Below are positions 50,028 to 61,777 of a DNA stretch of 64,000 bases, in pieces (position 1 is the stretch's first letter; every line of letters starts with the position of its first letter). A program made the translations under genes and the position numbers. This DNA is from Vitrella brassicaformis CCMP3155 (lineage: Eukaryota > Protista > Chromerida), in contig CDMY01000436.1 in NCBI GenBank assembly GCA_001179505.1, positions 1-64,000 on the forward strand, given 5' to 3'. Under the pieces are notes generated by a model that was given only the letters and a program-made list of their open reading frames with translations, had not been told where the DNA came from and made no database searches.

Positions 50028-53000
50028 ATGCAACGACTCGGAGATGATGCGCCCAGTGCAGCAGGAGGGGACGCCGAGAGCCGGAGCGATTCCTCATCGC
50101 AGCCTAGGCAGCTAGCGCTGCCGAGTGTAGACAGCGGCAGCAGCCCCACCAGTCAACTAAAGACTCTTGACCAGCTCAGCTGGGTCAAGTAAGCAGGAGA
50201 CGGGGGAATGGAAAGGACACGAAACAACGGCTTCACGGCTTCCTCACTGCATGTACGCCTGGTGGCTGTCCACAGCATTCCAAGGGTGCTCTATCAGGCG
50301 TTGCTGATGCTTGTAAGTGACGGTGCAGACTTTGATTCATTGGTGACTTGGATGTTGCTGCAGGACCGACGGACGAAGAAGATGGCTCAGGACATGGAGA
50401 GCACTCGAAAACTTCTCGTTGATGAGCTGAAGGAACTGAAGCAGCAGGCTGCAGCACCATCCCCTCCAACCAAGGCGCGTCCGCCCTCCCCGCACGTGCT
50501 CCTTGGCGCTGCGGGTTTTTCACCCGAGGCAAGCCGCCCACCATCGGCACGAAGTGCAGTCCGCCTCCCTCCGAAGCCATCGGGCGGTGAGGCGTCCCCC
50601 GACTCTGCACCGACGCCTCATTCTGAGGAACGACTGAATGAGATGATCGAGAAAAAGGTGGAGAAGGTCGTGGACGCGCGGCTCATCGACATCAAGAAGG
50701 CAACCAGTGAAATGGAGACAAGGTGACAGAAGGAGACTCATTTCAGGAAGTCACGGCTTTCTCACCTGGGCTTTTTGTCTTATAGGGTATATCGTGTGGA
50801 GCAGACAGCTGTGAAGTTTCTCCGTCTTGTCGACAATGTTCGCAACGATGCGTCAGCTGCCATCTCACGAATGGAGCCGATCGAAGCTGAGTTGACAGAG
50901 ATAAAGGCGCATTTGGAGGCACAGCAAAAGAAACTCGAACAGCTGGACGAGACATGCCAAACAAAGGTAAGAATGCAGGCAAGGAGAACCCTTGTGTAAT
51001 CTACCTGCTGTTTATTCATCAGGCCCTTGAGACGATGGCGAGGAGGGTTTTCTCGATTGACATGAGCATCATCCTGAAGTCAGCCTTCGATCCGCTCCTC
51101 AAGGACGTCGCTCGAGAGTCAGGCAAGAAACCGGAGGTCTCTGACCTTGTCGGCATCCAGAGAGACATCCAGGAAGGCATCAAGCAGATGATTGGCAGTA
51201 TCAAACACGCCACCGATGACATGGACAAGCTGAAGTAGGGCGAGACAAGACAAAAGACTTGCACAGGAAGAAATCATGTGTGAAATGGTCATCTGCAGGA
51301 GAGACACGACCCGCATCGATAGCCACAGCGATCAGCTGGCGAGCCTTCAGGGCATGAAAGAGACTGTGGCAGCGCTGAAAGAATCGATGGAGCACATGGC
51401 GGACATTTCACCTCGAGCAGCGATCGCAGAGACACCGTCAAGTACGGGGGCAGCTGAGAGCTCAGAGATCCTGCAAGCGATGCGTGAGGATCAGAAGAAG
51501 TTGATGGTCAAGATCTCGCAGCAGCAGAAGGCAATGGCTGAGATGCAGAAGAAGATTGAGCAGCTCGAGAGCGATGTGCGTCGCCCGAAGGCAGTAGAGG
51601 AGGCCCCGGCAGCCGTGACAGAGGCGCCGAGTGGGGAGGAAGCGATAACAGCAATCGATAAGGAAGAGATGAAGGCGCTTTTGCAGCGATGTGAGCAGCG
51701 GGCGCTGAACACGATCGAGATGACAGGTACAAAGAGAGACACACAATCAAAGTCTTTGTAAGGGCTTCCGTGTCTTGACCTCGTTCCGTGTCTTGACCTT
51801 GTGCCAGAGCAAAGGCTTCGTCAAGAGTTCAGCATCAGGCTTGGTGAGGTCCGTCGATCGTCGTTCAGCGAGACCAATCGCATGGATGAAACAGTCAAAC
51901 GACTGCAGCGAATGTGGGACGTAAGCATACACAAGCAGCGGCATCAAGCGCAGTGTCAGAGCTGCACAATGGCGATTTCTTCTCTTTTGTTCGCCTGCAG
52001 GACATGCATGAGGCATATGAGATGTCAAAACAGACAGGAGTCGATTTGTCTGGGGCGAGGCTGCACCACGTGGAAAGCCGAATCAGGAACCAAGAGGAAT
52101 ACCGCATCCGGGACCATACTGAGTATGCCATTTGAACAATGGAATGCATTCATCGCCCCGGCATTCTCTGATCGGTGCTTTCCTTCTTGCAGAATTAATG
52201 AGCGATTCGCCATGCTGGAGAACGCGCTCCAAAGCGTTATAGAGCAAGCAATGCCTCCCCATTTGCTGCCCCCTTCTCGTCGACCAAGCCAAAGCCGAAC
52301 CTCACCTGTCACTCCCCGTGACAGCACGGCTGACGTCCACGCAGCTGCAGAGGAGACGGCGCCCTTCGCTATCCCCACCGGCTTTCGCTTCAGCGTGGGC
52401 TCGGCACCCGGGACCAGAGGACGCTTGGGCTTTGGATTGGATAGGACTCATCATAGGAGTGGCATGTCTCGTCCTGCCGGTCCGTCACTGCCTGCGTCGC
52501 CGCGACAGCGGGACAAAGAAGGCGACCTACAAGACATCGCACAGCTGCGGCCATCATCGGAAAGAATGCGGACGAGAAGGGATACGACACCGGTGAGGTT
52601 CGAGGCTTCAGCAGCGCCAATGTCTGTCTCCATCCCGTCAGCGGCTCCTGAGAAAGGCGGTGAAGGGGGGTCCGCTGAGCGCATGGCTCACAAAATGTCC
52701 CTGCCGTCAACCCCCTATCGCACTCCTCGACCTCTGCGTGGCGGCATTTCGGCACCTCGGTGGTCCAACCTCGCCATGTCAACACCCACAACAGACAATG
52801 TATCGACAACCGCATCGCGAGCGGCTAGTACGGGCTTTCAGCAGTCGACTCTGCAAAGAACGCGCGTCGACACGGAGGAGAGCATAAGGGCGTCGCGTGC
52901 CAGGTCTATTGTGAACGCGTTGGAGGTGTCATCCCCTCTGACTCCCCTCCCACCTGACGGCCGCCAGCTTTTTCCCACCAGCAGGCCCAGCTCCCGCGCA

Positions 53001-53780
53001 CGGATGATGAAGGAGAGGCCGAAGACGCCGCCCGCTGTTCCTGAAGAGCCCCTGCCTCTCCTACCCGAGACACACGAGGATATGGTCGTCACCGAATCAG
53101 TGCGCCGCCCAATCGTGGAACTGACTGCCACGGGAATGCAGGTGGCAATACCCGAGGCACAACGGAGAAGAGCGAACACGCCAGCGGCGTATTCCCATAG
53201 TGCCGCCACTGAGGGGGACCAGAGCGCTGTCGGGAGCGCTGTCGGGATGAGCGAGGACATGCTAACGGAAACTGGCCGACAGCCTGACCAGCTCCAGCCG
53301 GCAAGGGACGAACCTGCAGAAGAAGTCGTGATTGAGGAGATGGTGACATTCCAGCCGATCCCATTTCCGCTAATGGAGAATCTGTTCAGGCCACAGACTG
53401 CTCCTCGGCCCGTCGGAGGCACGGAAGGTGACACACGAGAACCTGTCCAGTACCTTACCGCGACGCAGTACACAAGAGATCTGACAGCGCCTCGGGCGAA
53501 ATATTCGGCGCGGCTACTGAAGAAATTGAGCGAGTCTACGGAGACAGAATTGAGGCAGCAGAGAGGGACTTTTGTGTCGGTGCTTGGTGTGTCTACACCC
53601 GCACATACGCAGCGGTTTTGGTCCACAATTACCCCGCCACGCTTCCATCGCTCTGTGGCGGAGGGCCAAGCGCCAGAGGAGGCACGAGTGGCTCACTATC
53701 TCTCTCTCGTAAGCCCTCCTGTCTCGCCCCCGCAGACAAGCCGAGCTGTGACAGCGCCACGACCGTCATCGGCGGGATAG
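50028..53780 (+). CDS. Multi-exon coiled-coil hypothetical protein with Ser/Pro/Arg-rich C-terminal half
   Basis: MQRLGDDAPS...WVK/N|IPRVLYQALLML|DRRTKKMAQDMESTRKLLVDELKELKQ... joins in phase; heptad-rich exons from ORFs 50775, 50954, 51276; large last exon from ORF 51801..53780. 3' end may extend if a further intron exists. Confidence 0.7.
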
Positions 53781-54459
53781 ACTACACGAAGAGGAATATG
53801 TACATGACGAAGGTGCTTGATACGAAGTTAGAAAGGGATCGATAGGTCTTTCGGCGGTCGATGTTTGATCGGTCAGTCGTCACGAAGAAGAAGAGTAGTG
53901 CACGCAGACGGACACACATGAACCTACACGAAGATAAACACCTTTGCCTCTCGACCACTGATAACAAACGCGGGTTCCCATCAGTACATACACACGAGCA
54001 GACACCGCCAAACACGGCTCACTTGGACCTGACAAATCTCACCTCCACAGGGCCTACAATTTCGTGGCGTTTCGGGTGAGGGGTCATGTAATGTACCTTC
54101 TTGGAACATTTCGTAGTACCAGCTCTCTTACTACCAAAGGGAGATGCGGCAGAGAAAGTATTGGCTGCACACACACTCCACACACTCGCAAAAGAAAAGC
54201 CAGACAAACACCTATTCTTCTGGTAAGACCATAAGAGTGCACGAAATATGGACCACGGAGTTGACAACGCATACACACACAGACACACAGGCCATCATAA
54301 ATGAGCACATGAAGAGGGACACAGACACATTCAGACATACACACACACACCGGCGCAGGAAGAGAACAGGCACATGCACAAAATGCTCATTGAAGACACA
54401 CGCGCACTAACGAAACGGCGATTCATACGCCAGCTGACACCTAGCTGCCTGCGATCGCA

Positions 54460-55905
54460 TCACCTAGTTCCTGTGACCCAGTGCAAGAAGTCTTGAAACG
54501 AGCTCCCTCGACTCGGCCGTCTCTCCGACTCCTTGGCGCCCTCCTCCTGCTGCTGCTCTCTCACCATTTGGTACAGCCGCTGTGTGGCCTGCATGGTCTT
54601 GAAGAGGAGGGTCGGCACATTGACGTAGAGCGCCTTCTCTCCGTCAGCAGACGACTCGAAAACTGCCTCGGGAAACTCCTTCTTCAGCTCATCGGCCAAC
54701 ACACCTGCACATGCCACGACACCAGCGAGACATACACAGAGAGATCAACCCTCTTCCCGTCTGGAATGTGAGAACAATCCTGCTGACCGAAATGCTCTTT
54801 GCGGGAGTCGACGGACCGGTCGTCCCCGTGTTTCCACCTGTATGTGTGGAACTTGACCCTCTCGAGGGCCGCCAGAGCGCCGGCAGCCTCCCACTCAGAC
54901 TTGACTGTCACCTGTGTCTTGTATCGGCCGTCACTCAGCGTGCCGAGTTCGGTGCTGAACAGCTTGTTGGCAAAGACCTCGTTGATTGGTAGATCAATGC
55001 CGCAGCCGATGTAGCCCTCGCCCTCAGCCAGCGTGTCGGATGCTGATACACACACATATATAGGCAGTTGGCGCAAGAGATCACTGTCGCGTCTGTGTCT
55101 CTGGCATACCGCCGTCTGCGAAGTCGTATATGCCAAGAGCAGGTGTCCCCCCGCATTGGTACGTCGCCCACTGCAGGTCACCCTTGCGCGTGCCAATGAG
55201 GTCCTCCTCGACTGGCAGCACGACGTCGCCAATGGTAGCAGACGTGTCTCCCGGGACGTCATCACCGCCCGTGTCGGTTGTCCCTCCCCCTCCTCCACCG
55301 CCAGTGGGAGGCGTCCCTCCACCTCCTCCACTGCCGTCAGTGGTCGGCGAGTCAGTCGTTGTAGTTGGCCCCTCAGTTAAAGTGCTGGTGGGCGAGTCAG
55401 TCGTAGTCGTTCCGTCGCCGGTTGCTGTGCTTGTGGATGTGGTGGTAGCGGAGGGCGTAGTAGCCACCTGAGGTGTTGTGCTGATAGCTGTGACTGACGG
55501 CGTAGTCACCACAGCGACGGTATCGCCTGGCTGGTCTGGTGTGTCGCCTGGCTCATCAGCAATGGGCTCATCCACAGGGGTGTCATCAACTGTGTCGACT
55601 GGTTCGGCGACAGTATCGTCTGGTGTGCCGCCTGGCTCATCGACAGTGGGGTCGTCAACAGTTGGCTCATCGACAGTTGGGTCATCGACCGGCGTGTCGG
55701 CCACTGGGGCGGCTGGTGGCTCGTCAACTGGGGCGGCTGGTGGCTCGGCCACTGGGGCGGCTGGTGGTTCGTCAACTGGGGCTGGCTGCTCGAGTGGATC
55801 TGGCCCTGGAGGTTCTTCGCCTCCTGGAGGTTCTCCGCCTGGAGGTTGCGCCCGCACATTCGCAACGAGCAGGAAGGCAAGGATGACCAGCCGAAGGAAC
55901 TTCAT
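54460..55905 (-). CDS. Secreted Pro/Asp- and Thr-rich protein with C-terminal peptidase S74 (intramolecular chaperone autoprocessing) domain
   Basis: Signal peptide MKFLRLVILAFLLVANVRA; repeats (EPPAAPV, DDPTVDEPT), Thr/Gly-rich stalk; 3 exons with phase-1 joins (DFADG|ASDTL; EHF|GVLADE) give LSDGRYKTQV...ALAALERVKFHTYRWK...HFGVLADELKKEFPEAV...ALYVNVPTLLFKTMQATQRL, matching the S74 pattern SD.R.K...AL..L......Y.WK...IG.IAQE....PE.V. Confidence 0.85.
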
Positions 55906-55992
55906 ACGGAGAAACCTGCAAAGGCAAACACGCTGTACATTACAACGGCTGCGAGCTGAGAATTTGCGCGCGCCTGGTATCTCCCGAATAAC
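55906..55992. promoter_or_regulatory. Putative 87-bp bidirectional promoter region
   Basis: Spacer between divergent start codons 55905 (-) and 55993 (+). Confidence 0.55.
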
Positions 55993-58683
55993 ATGCTCTC
56001 CTCTGTTGTCCTCCTCGCCTTGCTGCTCGCCCTCTCTCACTCTGGCTCTTGTTTTCCCAAGATCCCCTACGCGTGCTCCAGTGAAGGACGTCCGTGGTGC
56101 GACACTCATCGTCCACTTGATGAGCGGATCAACCTCCTCATTGACGCCCTCCCCAAGCCTTCTCCCGTCACGGGCGTCCCATCAGTCCTCCGCTTCATGC
56201 TCACGGCTCGTGGTGCGGTTGGAGGAGGTGAAGACGACAAGATCGGCCTCCCGCGCTACGACTGGGGAGCCAACTGTGTGCACGGCGTCCAGAGCAGATG
56301 GTGAGCCGTGCATAGATCGCACAGGAGATGGATGGATGCACGTGGTCATTTCGCCATGCATCTGGTTTGGTCCTTGTGTGGGTGAATGCAATTGCAGTAC
56401 TTCCGATGGTTACTGCCCTACAAGCTTCCCGAATCCTATCGGCCTGGGAGCGTCATTCGATGAGCCGTCGTGGCGGAAGATGGGCAACATCATCGGTCGG
56501 GAGTTGAGAGCGCTCTACATGGCTGGTGTGGGCGAGAACAACCCGCAGAGCATCCCCAAGATCGGCCTCGACTGTTGGTCGCCCGTCATCAACATCGGCA
56601 GGGACCCCAGATGGGTAAGTGGCGTGGGCAGGCTGGTCAGTCAGTCAGTCAGCCAGTGCGTGTATGCAAGGATGCAACAATCTAATTCCTCGTATTGAGG
56701 CCAAGGGCCTCTGAAAAGAACTCTGTTACCCTTTGTCTGAGCTCATACTCGACTGCTGCATGATTTGATTTGTACATTCAACACACAGTCAGCCTGTCGC
56801 CTGATTTCCTCTTTCTTGTCTTTGTCTGTGTCCATTGACAGGGGAGGAATTCCGAGGTGCCAGGCGAAGACCCCTACCTCACCAGTCGCTTCGGCGTGGC
56901 CTATACCCAAGGCATGCAGAACGACCCAGCCGACCCGTCCCGCCTGCTGGCCATCACGACCCTCAAACACTTCGCCGCCTACTCTCTGGAGGGCAATCAC
57001 GCCTTCCTCGGGCCCGTCAATCGGCACAACTATGACGCCAACGTGACCAAATACGACCTCCTGGCAGACTACTTCCCCGCATTCGAGGCATCGGTCAGGG
57101 AGGGAGGCGCCAAGGGCATCATGTGCTCTTACAACGAGGTCAATGGGGTGCCTGCGTGTGGCTCCTCTTACCTGCTGACGGAGGTGCTCCGAGATCAGTG
57201 GGGGTTCGACGGCTATGTGACATCTGACTCTGGTGCTGTGCGTGACATCTTCACACCCCACAACTACACCAAGAGCGACGCTGAGAGTGTCCAGCTGGCG
57301 CTGCGGGCGGGCTGCGACGTCAACAGCGGCAACATTTACTTTGTGCACATGTCAGAGGCCCTCAAGGCTCGACTGATCAACACAGACGACATCTACCGGG
57401 CCCTTCATCGCACACTCAAGCTGCGCTTCCAGCTGGGCCTGTTTGACCCCATTGAGGACCAACCCTTCTGGCAGATTCCCCTCAGCGACGTGGGCAGCAA
57501 CGCGACCCAGCAATTCAACCTCCAGCTGACGGAAAGGACCTTCGTCCTTCTGCAGAACCCCAACACCATCCTCCCGCTCGGCCCGCCGGCCGGCAAGGAC
57601 AGGAAGATCGCCGTCTTGGGGCCATTTGTGGCGCGAAAGCAGGACATCATCGGCAGCTACCTCGGCCAGATCTGCCCGGGCAGGTATGGCGCCTTCAGCT
57701 GCATGCTCAGTGTGGCGGAGGGCATCGAGCAGCGCGCTAACTCGCTCGGCTGGTCTGTCGAGTCGATGGAGGGCACTGGAGTGCAGCATGGCGACCCGGC
57801 CGAGATGCAGAAAGCTGCTGACATGGCCGCGAGCGATGATGTGGACATTGTCATCGTCACTTTGGGCATCACGAAGCAAATCGAGAGCGAGAGCCGCGAT
57901 CGGAAGGATGTCCTTCTGCCACAGACGCAGCTGACCTTCGTCCACACCGTGCTGGAGGCCGTGCAGCAGGCGAACAAGAGCAAGAGAGTGGTCGTTGTGC
58001 TGTTCGGCGGTGGCTCGATCGATGTGGGCTTCCTGACGGACCAAAACGTGGCTGTGGTAATGGCCTGGTACCCATCCTTTCTCGGCCCCCAGGCACTGGC
58101 GCGTGTCGTGTTCGGCGACACGAGCCCGTCCGGCAAGCTGCCCGTCACTTTCTACCGTGCCGCTGATGTGGACAAGATGGACTTCCTCTCGATGCACCTC
58201 CACGAGGGCAGCGGTCGCACACACCGGTATTACAAGGGCGACCCTCTGTGGCCCTTCGGCCACGGGCTCACCTACACACACTTCACCATCGTCCTGAGTG
58301 GCCACACAGAGAAGAGCGGCAACACACTCGTGATTCGCGGTGACGAGAAAACGGCCCAGCTGGCAGCGGACGTGACCAATGACGGCGAGAGGGACGGGGA
58401 AGAGGTCATCATGGTATTCTTCCGGAGGACTGACAGGCCCACTCGAGTGTTCCGGCAGCTGATGTCCTTCCGTCGAGTCGCCATCAAGAAGGGCGGGCGG
58501 GAGAGAGTCACATTTAGTCTGACGAAAGAGGCCTTCAGGCTGTACTCACATGTGGACGGGGCGGCGCTGCCCCTCGCCGGCCAATACGAGGTGGAGGTCA
58601 CAAATGGTGTGGATCAGAGGGCCGTGTGCAGTGTTACGATCGAGCACAGCCAAGTGACAGACGATGTGATTGTGGCCAAGTAG
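55993..58683 (+). CDS. Secreted glycoside hydrolase family 3 (beta-xylosidase / beta-glucosidase type)
   Basis: Signal peptide MLSSVVLLALLLALSHSGSC; WCDTHRPLDERI, YDWGANCVHG, PTSFPNPIGLGASFD, WSPVINIGRDPRW|GRNSEVPGEDPYL, KHFAAYS, IMCSYNEVNGVPAC, GYVTSDSGA (nucleophile), ESESRDR, PSGKLPVTFY, PLWPFGHGLTYT and C-terminal Fn3-like RQLMSFRRV; two introns. Confidence 0.95.
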
Positions 58684-59073
58684 AGTTAGTACGTGAGTTA
58701 GTTAGTTGGCCACAGTGTTTTTTGTCGTCAGTGATGTTTTTTCCTCAATTTTCTGCGTGGAGGGGCTGGTGGATACCGTCTGTGTCGGCCAGGGGGGATT
58801 GGTTGCTCAGTGGTTGTTGCCGCAAAGGTGGACGTACAGTGCATGTATGTCGATTTCATTGTGTGTCTCCTACGATTACTGGTGTGTCTCTGAGCAAAAA
58901 TGTGAAAAACATCGTTGAAGCAGATGGTCGTTTCTTCAGCAAACACATATACACATTGACTCATGGGTCCAATAGCACTCACATGCTGAGACGTCGGGAA
59001 GAGACGCCCACCGCGGCCCCCGGCAAAGAAGCTCGCCAAAGAGCTCTGACGATCATCCCAGGTGTTCTGCGGG

Positions 59074-60449
59074 ATGGGGAGGAATCAGGAGCTGTTGGAT
59101 GCCTTGAGCAAAACCATAAGTGATGCCGAGGGCCGTGAGATCTCCGTGTCAAGGTCACGCTTCTCAAGTGGTTGAGATCTCCATGCTTTCCATGCTGTTG
59201 CAGCTGTGGCGGCCATGGCAGCTTCTTCAGTGGAGGCGGCGCCTCAACGTGCAGTGTGCAAGACGAAAACACCGGACAGAAGTCAGTTGGGATGCTGGAC
59301 GGACGCACGACGCATACGACCATCCATCTGATCTGCTGTTGTCCTGTGTGCCAGGTATTTCGTGAAGGTGGGCAGCACTCGGCAGTACGACATGCTCAAG
59401 GCCGAGTACATTGGCGTGCGTGAGATGTACAACACCAAGACAATCCGCGTACCGAAGGCCATCGGTCACGGCAGCACCGCCACACAGGCCTACGCCGTCT
59501 TCGAACACCTCAATCTATCGGGCTCTCGACGGGTGAGCAGGGCAGGAGAGGTCGTGAATGAAGGCGACACCATCTCTGCCATGCCTCTGTGTGTGTGTGG
59601 TCGTCAGGGCGGTCGTGCGTATGAGATGGGCGAGAAGCTGGCGGCCATGCATCGGCACACCTCCGCCAACGGATGCTTCGGCTTCGACATACCCAACACA
59701 TGCGGCGTGACACCCCAGCCCAACGAATGGACAGAGAGGTACATAGCCGCACACGCAGAGAGAGGCAGTCAAGCCACGAAGCCGGTGCACCGACCGCTGT
59801 GCAGCTGGCCGGTGTTCTTCGACACGTATCGACTGCACAATCTGTTCGAGAGGCTGCGCAAGAAGAGGGGCATCACATTCGCCAAGGAGGAGGAGGTGGG
59901 TGGTTCGGTGGGTAGATTGGCGGCCTCTTCAATGAACTAGAGTGTCTGGTGTTCTTGCTCAGGTTCGTTCCAAGATCAAGTCAGTTCTGGAGGACCATGT
60001 AGCCAAACACAACCCGCCTGCATCACTTGTGCATGGTGGGTTGTCAGCAGCCCTCCACACGTATGTCAACGCCTGCCTGCCATCTTTGCGTGCGGTCAGG
60101 TGACCTGTGGACGGGCAACGCCGGGTTTCTCGACACCGGCGAGGGCTGCATCTACGACCCAGCGTGTGCATACTGCGACCGCGAGTACGACCTCGCCATG
60201 ACCCACCTCTTTGGGTCGCTCCCCCGCCCCTTCTATGAGGGGTATGAGAAGGCGTGGCCGCTTCCAAAGGATGGACAGCAGCAGCGGCAGGAGATCTACA
60301 ACCTGTGAGCCAGTCAATTCTGTGCATGCGTGATGTCATGGGGGGGGCGTGATGTGTGCAGGTATCACGTGCTGAATCATGCGCTGGTGTTTGGCGGGGG
60401 CTACGTCCAGCAGGCGGAGGCGATGATGGACGAGATACTCACCTACTGA
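59074..60449 (+). CDS. Fructosamine / ketosamine-3-kinase family protein
   Basis: Spliced KYFVK...KAEYIGVREMYNTKTIRVPK, GEKLAAMH, FGFDIPNTCGVTPQPNEW, SLVHG|DLWTGN, IYDPACAYCDREYDLAMTHLFG, FYEGY, RQEIYNL|YHVLNHALVFGGGY are hallmark FN3K-family motifs. An extra upstream exon is possible. Confidence 0.93.
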
Positions 60450-61777
60450 TGACTGAGTGAGTGGTTTTACGAGCCGTGTGCGTGTGTGTGTGGTGCTGTT
60501 TTCTCCCCTTCTGCTACTCGGCCCGAAGGTCAGCTCCTTTCAGGAGACGAGCACACTCCTGCAGAGCACTTGCCTTTGGGTCCGGTAGGACAAGGGGAGA
60601 GGGAGTACGAGCACACGCGAAGCGAAGGGGTGTCTCGTCCCGGTGGGGTTGGTTCTGTGAGTGGCTAGTACATGAACGCCTTGTACTGAGTCATTCATGT
60701 GGACCGACAGACTCTGGGATCGTTCGATGAGTGGCTGGTGCCGTGGGGGTGCGATGGAGCTACAAAAGAGTATCGGTGCGATGGACCTTTTCATTGTACA
60801 CTTCTGTCCATTGACCATCCAGCGTCCTGCATCCATCCAAGCACCCACCACTGGAAGTCGTTACACTAAACATGAATAAGAACCGTGACGCACCCCTCCT
60901 CCCCCTCCTTGCCCACCAGTATCATCCGCGCTCCACGAACGTGTGTGCACACCGCTCGAAGAAGGCGGAAGAGACTGCAGAGGCAGAACGGGTCGGAGTG
61001 GGCGAGTGCACCGCGTGTAGATCAAAGGCCAGCAGTCAACGAGTTGGCCAGAGAGACAGCGAGGGAAAAGTCATTCATTCATCCATCCATCCATCCATTA
61101 TACAAAAGACAGGCCGCACCCGCACCGCCAGCAATTTCTGCACTGCTATCTGCCTGCCATCCACCCATGCTCTCTTCCCGTCTGTCTCTCTGTGTGCCTG
61201 CACCCTCACCTGGCTGCCTGCATTTGTCAACACACATGTCACCACACATCCGTGCTGAAGAAGAAAGGCGACCAGACCGAGGACGACACGCAGAGGCACG
61301 GAGGAAGGGAAGGAAAAGTCAACAAGGGCAAAGATCACTCCTCGCTTGACAGCCCGTAATAGTCATCTACATCAGCAGTTCACCCAGCCAGCCAGCCAGC
61401 CAGCCAGCCAACCAGCCATGAGACATGGACAGCAGCCACATGAATGCACGCAGGCCGGAAAGCACACCGTCTTCCATTACGCACACACCAGCCAGCCACC
61501 CACCCCCCTCTCTCTCTCATTATTCACTCACAGTCAGCTAAATGCCCCCTTAGCCCCTGCCCATGCACCATCACGCTTTCCTATCTGGCTTCGGCTGTCT
61601 CTGTCACCCGATCAGCACCGGCAAACCGAGTGGTGTCCACTTCGCTATTGACAAAGTGGAATGCACTCGAGAGCTCGATGCTGAACGGCGAAGGGAGACA
61701 CCCGCTGATATCTCTGATCTGATGGGCGGAAAAATGTCGAGGTAGCTATGCTATCTGCGCTCTCTTCTCTCCCTCTC

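Noticed and set aside
53618-54079. Two same-frame ORFs separated by one TAG (readthrough candidate)
   Set aside because: Overlaps the end of the main ORF in another frame and has no domain signal; an unresolved intron or 3' UTR is more likely.
54460-55905. Prophage or contaminant origin for the S74 domain
   Set aside because: Gene has host-style introns and a eukaryotic signal peptide, and no other phage genes are present.
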